From positions 186,001 to 250,000 of the forward strand of contig VRMN01000001.1 in the NCBI GenBank assembly GCA_008690995.1: a stretch of DNA of 64,000 nucleotides. The letters are read 5' to 3'. The position numbers and the translations under genes are program-made. This stretch comes from Porphyridium purpureum (Eukaryota). The notes below the pieces were generated by a model. The model did not search any database and was not told the DNA's origin. It saw only the letters and a program-made list of their open reading frames with translations. Below are positions 22,943-32,244 of this stretch, piece by piece. The stretch's first letter is position 1; each line of letters opens with the position of its first letter.

Positions 22943-25039
22943 ATGGAGTACCCGCTCTCGCAGCTGGACCTGCGCTTTGCGGTGCGCATTCCGCCGCTCA
23001 GTAAGCGCGCGGGCTGCTTTCTCGACGTGCAGCATCAGGACGAGCGCGCGCTGGAGCGCGGCATGGCGTTCGACTCGCTCGGGCGCTCAGAGCTGTCGTC
23101 CTGCTCCTTTGCCGCGTCGGCGCCGGCCGCGGAGGCACGCATCGCGTTCCAGAAGGTATACTGCCTGCCGCACTTCTTCGAGCGGAGGAAGAAGATTCGC
23201 GTCATCGTGTTCTTGGAGAAGCTTCTCGTCCGAGAAAGCATGCTTCAGCTCAGCTCAAAGGTGCGCCACAACGAACAGTTGCTGCTCGCGTGCGGCGAGT
23301 TCAGTCTCAAGGACATGGTCGCGTCCAAGGCAGAGCCCTTCACCGTCGCGCTTGACATGCAAGAGACGCCCGAAGCCAAGCACTGGCTTCGAACCACAGA
23401 CGATGCGAAGCGGGGTGTGGACGTGTTGGTCACGTTCACAGAACGGACGTCCGCACGGATGATTGCAAGCATACACTTCATGGGTCGCGATATGCCCTCA
23501 AAGTCATTCGTGCTGTCCAAGCGCAGGTCGCTCACGCGCTCGTTTCGTAAGTTCCTGTCGACGGCAGACACCCCCTACGAGAGCACTGACGAGTATGGCG
23601 GCTCGGCGCTGGGCGGTCGAAATTGGGAGCAAGAGAACGCATTGTCGCTGGTGGTTCAGCGCCCACTGCAATCAGATGTGTGGGAATCGGTGCTGCGCTC
23701 AGCTCCAATTTCGGCAGACAGCAAGGGCGGAGCCGACTTTGGCCCGCTCACACTATCGCGCCACCAGCTCAATGGCGGAGAAGATGGACGCACGATTCGA
23801 ATTGAGCTACAGCGGCTTTCCTTAGGCGAAGGGTTTGTGCGCGTTGCGTATGCGGAGACCACGTTGCGGCGGCTACTTGACTTGGGCAGAAGTCGTCGCT
23901 TAGTTCTCGTGAGCATCGCAGACGGCAAGCTGCAGCCGTGCGGCGAGCTTGAGCTTGTATCTGTGAGTCTATCCCCATCGCCATCTTTTCTCGAGTTTCA
24001 CCGTTCTGAATCCGTCATTATTGATACGACCGTAGCTATAGACTTCACGGCCAGCAATCTCGACCCGTCGATTGCACAGTCGCTGCATAACTCTTCGGCA
24101 CGGGTGAGTCTGACAGGCAGCGGCACGAATGGCGACGAGGGCACGTTGAATCCATACGAGCGCTGCTTGTGTCAGGTTTACGAACTACTGAGCCCGTACT
24201 CTGCGAGCGGAATGAGCATGTTTGGCTTTGGTGCGCGCATCCCGCCATTATGGGGCACGTCGCATTGCTTCTCACTCAGCCCGGGAGGCGCATACACGGC
24301 TGCTTCCATGTGTGGCGGTGGCAAACAGGGACAGCCTTTTACCGACCTGACCTGCACAGATCGCGAAAAGGTACTGTATGCTTACCGGCGGGCGGCGCAC
24401 CAAGTGGCTTTCGCCGGTCCAACACTGTTCGCTCATTTCATCCGCATGCTGCGCATTCGCTCAGAAAAGTTTGTCGCCGAGCGTATACCGGCGTATACGT
24501 TTGCCATTATCCTGACGGACGGTGTGATGAAGGATTTGGTAGAGACGGTCAGTGAACTCATCCAACTGTCCAGCTTGGGTTGCTCGGTGGTGATCATGGG
24601 CGTGGGTTCCTCGAATTTCGCGCCCTTGGAAGCGCTAGTTCGCAACATCAGCGGGGCTGGCGGATACCAGAATGCTCTGGTTCGCAATATGGTACAATTC
24701 GTAGACGCGGGTACTCTTCGAACGGAGAGCGATATTCTGCGCTTACAAAGCGCCATCGGCAGGCTGCCACATGAGTTCATGGAGTTTATGCGCACAGAAA
24801 ATGTAGATCCCGCTGCAGCAAATCGCACGTGGTCGCGTGCGGACCTGAGCGCCAGTTTTCGAAATATAGGCATTGTCCCGAGTCCTGAACAGATGAGCGC
24901 GGTCAGTGCAGAGTCATATCGAAACGTCGCGATTGAGGAACACGTACGTATGCTTGTGAATTCGTCGACGAGAATACAGGAGCCGTCTGGTGAAGTGTTA
25001 GCGCGCCGCCCTGCCGTATCTTCGCGCGATGATTCATGA
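22943..25039 (+). CDS. Copine-family protein (divergent C2 domains plus copine vWA domain)
   Basis: VAIDFTASN, SLH, NPYE, FGFGARIPP, SHCF, GPTLFA, ILTDG, SVVIMGVG and RNMVQFV. Confidence 0.92.
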   Translation: MEYPLSQLDLRFAVRIPPLSKRAGCFLDVQHQDERALERGMAFDSLGRSELSSCSFAASAPAAEARIAFQKVYCLPHFFERRKKIRVIVFLEKLLVRESMLQLSSKVRHNEQLLLACGEFSLKDMVASKAEPFTVALDMQETPEAKHWLRTTDDAKRGVDVLVTFTERTSARMIASIHFMGRDMPSKSFVLSKRRSLTRSFRKFLSTADTPYESTDEYGGSALGGRNWEQENALSLVVQRPLQSDVWESVLRSAPISADSKGGADFGPLTLSRHQLNGGEDGRTIRIELQRLSLGEGFVRVAYAETTLRRLLDLGRSRRLVLVSIADGKLQPCGELELVSVSLSPSPSFLEFHRSESVIIDTTVAIDFTASNLDPSIAQSLHNSSARVSLTGSGTNGDEGTLNPYERCLCQVYELLSPYSASGMSMFGFGARIPPLWGTSHCFSLSPGGAYTAASMCGGGKQGQPFTDLTCTDREKVLYAYRRAAHQVAFAGPTLFAHFIRMLRIRSEKFVAERIPAYTFAIILTDGVMKDLVETVSELIQLSSLGCSVVIMGVGSSNFAPLEALVRNISGAGGYQNALVRNMVQFVDAGTLRTESDILRLQSAIGRLPHEFMEFMRTENVDPAAANRTWSRADLSASFRNIGIVPSPEQMSAVSAESYRNVAIEEHVRMLVNSSTRIQEPSGEVLARRPAVSSRDDS

Positions 25040-25353
25040 GACTGGCGGATGGCTGCTAGCTTTGGAGTTCAGGCGCGCGTCATGATGCCCCTTCAACATT
25101 CTAACTTCTGCATGTTGCTGCTTTCTTTGATTTTTTTTTTTCCCTAGGAGCGTATTATAATTGGATGTGACAACAAGCTTTCGCTTCATGCATCGCTGCC
25201 AGAGGACAGGTGCCGAGCAAAGCGGTGGCCCTCAGAGATGAAAGCCGGGCTCATATGATGACGACTGTTAATCTAGTCGTTTGAGAACTTGATCGTATCT
25301 CGCTGCCTAGGAAGCACGCCTTGGAAAGGAAACCGTATTTATCTCTCTTCCCT

Positions 25354-25373
25354 AACAACAACAACAACAACAA
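25354..25373 (+). repeat. (AAC)n microsatellite
   Basis: AACAACAACAACAACAACAA lies between two convergent genes. Confidence 0.9.
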
Positions 25374-25568
25374 GAACAAAACATTTCTGCTCTCGTGGAC
25401 AACTAATCTCTACCATTCAATGTTCGACATCTTGAAAGTAAAATAGAAACGTCATGGGCCCAATGGTAAATGCAAGGAAAGGAAGAGAGGACACTCGCGA
25501 CACGCCTTGACAAGTGCTCAACAATACGGTCATGGACAAATCCTCAAGAACAAAGAAAAGAAACCCTC

Positions 25569-27362
25569 TTACAGGGACCCTGAAGCAAAGCAGAGCTGGC
25601 CTCCCTGCACATACGTATCTGCCGGGAACCGAATGCCATGCGCTTGTATGTCAAACACAAGCAGTACCTCACCTGGTGCCGTGGCAAAAAGGCTTGTCAC
25701 GTCCAAGATACCGCTGCTCTCCCAGTTGGCGCAGTCGTCAGGGGCCGAGTCAACCTGGCCTGCCGGGACATTGCGGTTGATCTGCATGACTCGCTGAGTC
25801 GCCCCGCTGACCGGGTTGAAACGCCACACAGACGCCTCCTCACCGCTAATAGTGCAAAACTCGTTCACGGAACGGTCTTCCTGAACAAAGACCATACCTG
25901 TCGTTGGCGACCAATCAAGGTTGTCAGGCGAACGAATGCCAAAGTCTCGGTTCGCCGGCTCATCGCCGTCGTATACAATGGTCGCGCTGCACACAATCTC
26001 AGAAATGCTCTGCACATTGCCTGCCAAAGCCGCCTGCAAGGAAGCGTCATCGATATCGAACGTGTACAGAGTTCCCCAAGAATCCTCCGGGAAAAGTGAC
26101 GGGCGTCCCGTCGACGCCATAATGAAGCGGGTGCCATCTGCCGGATCCTGCGATACATCCTCTGGACGCGAAAAGCGAAAGGCGCCGACATTATCAGCTT
26201 CCGCGTCGAGCTCGGCCATAGTCAAGAAAGAACCCGTGGCAGTGTTATAGTTAGGAACCACCACAAACTTGCCCTGCTTGGTGGTCTCGCCAGTCGCCAG
26301 CCACTCCCCTGGCGTGCGAACGCCGTCGTCCGCCACCCACATAAGCAACACACCATATCCGAATCCATTCCTCACCAGGAATGGCGGAGCATTATACGGA
26401 CCTGGCGCCTGTTGTCCCTTTTGGCCAACGAACAAACGCATAGCCACACCCTCACGGTCGTCACCAACCGCGTAGACAATCTTGTCTGTGCCGAACTGTT
26501 CCAGCGAGACCAGGTTTTCGTACCCGGCACGCCCAATCATGGGAGCGACATAGATTGAGTCTGTGCTTACTTCGATAATGGCAGCCAGTCCATCACTCGT
26601 TTCCTCACCTGTGATGTACATATCGTCCAAGGCGCCGTTTTGGCCAGCCATCACAACTGCGCCCGAGCAGAAGCGGTTGAACTCAAATTCAGATCCAGGA
26701 ACCATCACGGAGCCATCCTCAAGGTACACTGTACGGTACGCTAGCTCGACGTCCAGGACTTTACGAGTCACACGATCCATCACAAACTTGTGCACACGCG
26801 AACCGCGTACGGACGCGCCGCTGTCCATGGTCATGAGGAAGCCCAGCCCAGCCCCGATCTCGCTGTTCACATAAAGGAGCACATTATCTCCCTGCGGCAC
26901 TGCACCAATGCCGTCCAGAATTCCTGTCACAGCGTATCCAAATGCGTTCAGCGATTCTTGCGTCCCCACGGTGAACACACACTCCACGTTCCAACCTGCC
27001 AAACCAGTCATCATGGCGGCATCCGAAGGCGCGAATTGAAGCGCTGAAACTTGCGAAGTCAATGGCGGGCACGCAGCGACGGTGCGCGCTGCCTGCTCAC
27101 ACAAAGGCGACGACGTGAAGAAGTATACAAAAATATCGAGAGTGTCGCACAGCAAGTCACCCTCTGTGTCATCACAAATGCATACCGCTTGCTCTGGACT
27201 GCGCAACTCACAGGCCTCCAGCTCGGGGGCCACTGGAGAAATGATTTCCAGTTCAGGCGCACGGCGGCATCGACACTGCTGCGCTGCAACCATTGGAGCA
27301 CAAGCGACGGTCACCACCAGCAGCAGCACTGCTGCGACTGCAAATCGTCGAGAAGGAAACAT
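25569..27362 (-). CDS. phoX: Secreted PhoX-like (DUF839) alkaline phosphatase with an N-terminal Cys-rich module
   Basis: Signal peptide, then RFCSG, GEE, GRAGYEN, RPED, SPDNL, QED, WESSG and DIQAH in the order typical of PhoX beta-propellers. Confidence 0.85.
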   Translation of the reverse strand: MFPSRRFAVAAVLLLVVTVACAPMVAAQQCRCRRAPELEIISPVAPELEACELRSPEQAVCICDDTEGDLLCDTLDIFVYFFTSSPLCEQAARTVAACPPLTSQVSALQFAPSDAAMMTGLAGWNVECVFTVGTQESLNAFGYAVTGILDGIGAVPQGDNVLLYVNSEIGAGLGFLMTMDSGASVRGSRVHKFVMDRVTRKVLDVELAYRTVYLEDGSVMVPGSEFEFNRFCSGAVVMAGQNGALDDMYITGEETSDGLAAIIEVSTDSIYVAPMIGRAGYENLVSLEQFGTDKIVYAVGDDREGVAMRLFVGQKGQQAPGPYNAPPFLVRNGFGYGVLLMWVADDGVRTPGEWLATGETTKQGKFVVVPNYNTATGSFLTMAELDAEADNVGAFRFSRPEDVSQDPADGTRFIMASTGRPSLFPEDSWGTLYTFDIDDASLQAALAGNVQSISEIVCSATIVYDGDEPANRDFGIRSPDNLDWSPTTGMVFVQEDRSVNEFCTISGEEASVWRFNPVSGATQRVMQINRNVPAGQVDSAPDDCANWESSGILDVTSLFATAPGEVLLVFDIQAHGIRFPADTYVQGGQLCFASGSL

Positions 27363-28219
27363 CTCGTGCTTTTCCAGTCTCCTGTACTATTTTCAGTCCC
27401 TTCCTAGCCGGTCTCCTTGCTTTACCTACCTTGCACTGACGACAAAGCCATTCCGTTTGGCGAACACATTCGCGGGCGATCCTTAAGTACCCTTGATAGC
27501 GCTTGAAACGACGACGCGATTCGCTCGTGCCAGGTATCCGCCATTCGAACTTCGCGAGCAGATCGAATCCGAATCTTGTTCCGAGCATCGAACACGCGTG
27601 CGTGGTATTCACTTGCAAAGGACGCACCTGCGTAGAGCCCGCCTGCACACGATCTGCGTGCAACGGATCTGCCTGCATAGAGTGCCCACCGGTCGCAGCA
27701 GATCCGCATGCATCGGACCCGCCTGCATAGAACACAGCTACAGTAAACCCACCTGCACAGCGCCCGTTGTGCACAAAACACGCCCGTAGCGGACCCCGCT
27801 GGCCAGGACGCGCCCGCGTCGGACCCGTGTTCACGGGCACCCAACTCGTCGGCTCATCACCCTCACCTCTCCGGACATGTTCGGCGCCGGACCCGCGCAT
27901 ATGAATCCATCGGCACAGCGGAGGAGCAGCGGCACAGAATCCACGCAGATTCCCACGCACCGCATGACCTCGGTCGGCGCACCGGCACCGCTCCGCCTCC
28001 GCACTGCGCGCGCGCCATGGCCGTGTGCCAACGGATATTTCCGTCGGCCTGTTCAGGACTCGTCATTCACGTACTGACAATGACCGCCGCCAGCACGCGC
28101 GCGCGCACGCGGCGGGAGGGGAACAGATGAGTCGCCGTTCGCTCTCTCTCTCTCCTTCCGATGCGCACACGCGCAGAATCCCAAAGATGCGCGCGCCGCT
28201 CAACCCCGAATCTCCGCAA

Positions 28220-28271
28220 GCGCTAGGGTTTCTCCGTGCGCGTGGAAGCACAACGGGAGAAACCCTAGCGC
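28220..28271. repeat. 16-bp perfect inverted repeat containing telo-box motifs
   Basis: GCGCTAGGGTTTCTCC (28220-28235) pairs with GGAGAAACCCTAGCGC (28256-28271), with a 20-nt spacer. Confidence 0.9.
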
Positions 28272-29769
28272 CCTTGATGTACGGCACCACCAAAACGCGC
28301 CGTTTGGGTAGAGACGCGCAGCGTGACTATGAAAAGGGGCGCGTTTGCATAGGAGTCTGAGCGAGGCGCGCGGTGCGGAGTGTACCTCGCACTGTACCGC
28401 GGGCTGCGCGCGCGGGGTGTGGGCTTGGGGAGGAGAGAGAGGCCGGCAGGGCCGGTGCGGTGCGGCGTTGCCAGGTTTTGGAGCGCGGCGCGTGCCGCTT
28501 CGCGCGGTCGTGAGTGTGGCCCGGCCAGGTGCGCGCGGCGGCGCGTGAGAGTGGATGTAGACTGGAGCGCCCGGACAGCGTGCGTGATGAAGATCGTGCA
28601 GAGTCGCACGCGGCGTGCGGCGAGATGAGCGGCCGCGTGTGTTCGTGCGGTCAGGCGCCCGTTTCTCTCCGATTCCGCGATTCTACGCGACGGAAAGCGC
28701 GTTCGCCTCGAGGAAATCGGGCGCGTCGGGGCAGGCGCGTGGAACGTGCCTTGCGACAGCGGCAACGGTGGATTCCCGTCGCCTCCGGCGACACCGTGTC
28801 CATTTCGCGTGGGAAACCCGCATCTGCGCCGTTTGGTAGTTTTATGTACCGGGCCCTGGCGCCTGGCTCTGGTTTGCCCGTAAATAGTTATGACTCACAG
28901 GCCTACGTCGGCTTGCCAAATATACTGTTCGCGCCACATGCAAGCCGGCGCGATGCAGCGACTCGTGATAGGAACAGTCATGTAAGGCCATCCCCGGGCC
29001 GACTGAAACCCGCTCGCATACAGGCGAGCATGTGGGCGGGCACTGCAAACGCGCGCTTCGCAGCGGTCTGCCGAGCATCTCTGTTGTCGCGGAACACAAC
29101 TCCATCCTTGCTGTGGCGTTGACACCCAGCGTGTTACGTACGAGTGCTTCAGACACCGAGCGCGTGCGCGTCTTGAACACGACGAAGGCTGCTGAGTTCT
29201 TCACGATGCTGGTCGCTGCGGGGTGATGACAGCCAACTGTGCGATGTGTGACAATGATGAGGCCCTCAAGGACCGGGTCCGGCCGCCTGCGATGCACACA
29301 CTGACCTCTCACATGAGCCGGTGCGACACTGCGCGTCTCGACCTGGCATTCTTGGTCTGACCTGCGGCGGCAGACTGTTTCTGTGCACAACACCTCCAGC
29401 TACCCAGACCCGTACCGCTTTTTGCCACGCGGCGCGAGCGCATCCACTGCATTTGCGAGGCAGCGCCGTGGCCACCTTCCAAGCTCACGTTCCGGAATCG
29501 CTGCTGCCAAAGCCCCCGCGCATTGTCCGCGCGCCGTATCCGCCCCCTGTCCACCACCCTTGCTTCTCCGGCACTGTCACTTGATCAACCGGTTTATCGG
29601 TTTATTGGGTTATCGGTTTTTATCCGTTGTGGCAGGGAATTTCGGAGAGCGGGTGTTCAGTATAAACTGTACTGACTGTACTAACTGTACTCAACGGTTA
29701 CGAGTCGCGGTCGGCAGCGCGCCTGTGCGGCGACTGGCAGAGGGAGAGGGAAGGGACGGACGGTACGGG

Positions 29770-31292
29770 ATGGTTGTGTTCGGGGAGTACTACGACTCGG
29801 ACGACGAGTTCGAGCGCCGCGCGCAGGCCGGCGCGCTGTACGCCGCGCGCGCTGGCCGAGCGCTGGGCGCTGGGCGCACTGATCGGCAAGGGCGGGTACG
29901 GCGGTGCACCTCGCCAACGCAAAGGACGAGCGCTCCGTCGTCGCGGCCGTCAAGGTTGTCGAGAAGCGCCGCGCGCTCGCAGACCAGCGCAACCTGCGCA
30001 TGCTCCGCAGCGAGGTGGCGTGCCTCGCGCGCGTGCATGAGTTTGGCCCGCACCCAAACATCATGCGCGTGTACGAGATCACAGAGGACGTCAGCAATAT
30101 TTACATCGTGTCAGAGTATTTGGACGGCGGGGAGCTCTTTTCTCTGCTGGCGCACGCAGAGTCTGTCTTTGTCGAGGCCGAGTGCGCCGCGCTCATGTAC
30201 CACTTGCTCCATGCGGTGTCGTTCCTGCACTCGGTCGGCATCCACCATCGAGACATCAAGCCCGAGAACCTGATGTTCAGCAAGGGCGCAGGCGTGGCCG
30301 GCGTCAAGCTGATCGACTTTGGCGTGAGCTTCTTGGTTGAAGAAGCAAACCTCATGAACCGCATCAACATCGGCTCGGCGCTCTATTTGCCGCCAGAAAA
30401 CATTTACGGCGAGCCGTACACCTACAAGGCAGACATTTGGTCTGTAGGTATTATTGCGTTTATTTGCCTCACGGGCTCGCTCCCGTACGACCTGACCATG
30501 AGCGAGAATTTGCTCGACGTGGTGCTCGAGTTTGGGCCATCGTTCGACCTCAAGGATTTCAAGAGCTTACCGGCAGACGCACAGAATTTTGTCCGGCAAA
30601 TGCTTTCAACAGACAAGGAGCAGCGCCCCAACGCCGAGCAGTTGCTGAGCCACCCGTGGCTGCAGAAATTCATCACGTCGAGCGCCGCCAAGAAGGAGTC
30701 GAACAAGGTTTATACGGACCGTGCGCGCACGGGCATCGAGCCGCTCGTGACGCTGCTATCTCTGGAGAGCAGCAACGCGCGTAGGGACCTGCGCAGTATG
30801 CTGATACAAGAGCGCATCACCAACATTGCCCAGCTACCCGGCAATCAGCTATTGCTCACGGGTGAAGGCAGCGATCACCTTTCGGTGCATGGCGGAAGCT
30901 CATTTGCACCCACACCGAGCCGCAGCCCGGTACCGCACCAAGGCAACGGCTCGTTGTCGACTTCCTCTATCACGGGTGGCGAAGAGTCCGAATCGCCCGG
31001 GCAAAGTGGACATGCGATCAGTGCAAGCCGGAAAAGCAATAACTTGCGGAGCACGGTCATCGAGCCGCCTTCGAGCGCCCTGGAGCGACGCACCTCACGC
31101 GACCCGCGCACCTTTGTCAGAGCAGAGGGTCCTTCCACCTCGGCCGACGCGTCGCCCCTGGTGCGCAAGTTTGGATATGGTACAGCGCTGTGGTCCTCCA
31201 AAAATTTGGTGCGGTCCAACTTTCACATCCCGAGCTTGCTGGATGAGAGCAAAGTGACCACTCTGCGGAACTCGTCGCTTGGAGCCGAGTAG
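29770..31292 (+). CDS. CAMK/CDPK-like Ser/Thr protein kinase without EF hands; two apparent frameshifts near the 5' end
   Basis: IGKGGYG loop in a shifted frame, then AVKVV, HPNI, HRDIKPEN, DFG, GSALYLPPE and DIWSVG. TATAAA at 29661. Confidence 0.9.
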
Positions 31293-32244
31293 TGTTCGGC
31301 ACGCGGCTTGGGTATGCAGGTGCCTCGCAGCCTGTTTTGCAGTTTTGTCGCGTTCGTGAATAAATTATTGACTTGTAATCGTGGAAGCGTCACACAACGG
31401 CTTCAGCATCCGACCTCAAACTCGTCACCAGTGCGAGAAATTGGCGTTGCTGAAAGTCAGGCAGCGCATCGCGTGCGCCGCGGCCGGCGTCGGTATCATC
31501 GAGCTCACGGCAACCGCCCCTTTGCTCGGCGAGCAACTGGCTCCAGTCATTCGAGTGCGCCGCCAAACCGAGCACGAGTAGGTACCGAATCCGTCTCGTT
31601 GCCAGATCCAGAACGACAATTATCGTTGCAGCACAGAGTCGACTGACGCGTGTATGTGATTCTACACTGTGCGCACATCTGAAGGTGCCACGAAATGAGC
31701 GACCGCAGCCGCCGACCACCCTGCTCAGCCAGGTAGTTGCGCACTGCGCGCCAGCTTCAAGTTGGAGCTCACGGACACACAGGCACCGAGCATGCTTCGG
31801 TTCTGCCTCGTTGGGCACTCAGCACTGCTGGAATACGCGGTCTCTGACACGTCGTCGCGCAGTACAAACTAGAGACCGTGATGAATGAGAAAGATTGCGC
31901 CTTGAGCCCTCTGTTCGCCGCGGTGCCCGTCACCTGCTCCCATATGTCACGGACCGGAACCGTGTTGGGTCGACTGTCACACACCAGCGGCTAGCGGGCT
32001 TTCCAACTGGCCGTCGGTGCCCATGCATGCTCGCGCGCTGCAATAAAGGAGCATGTGGGGCTTGCAGTAGCGCGGTGTCGCCCTCGCCATCCGAACTAGT
32101 GCAATCTATGCGGGCATGTCCAGTCTTCATGTTTCAGATGGCCTAGAAAGACTCCTTCAAAAGCCTAAACGTTCAATCTGCAAGATCTCAGAGGCTTTGA
32201 GGTGCGAAAGGGCGAAGGGTGGAGAGAGTTTTCTTTGGGAAGCC

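Noticed and set aside
29220..29310. RTGATGA and CTGA words suggesting a C/D snoRNA
   Set aside because: No terminal stem or recognisable rRNA/snRNA guide.
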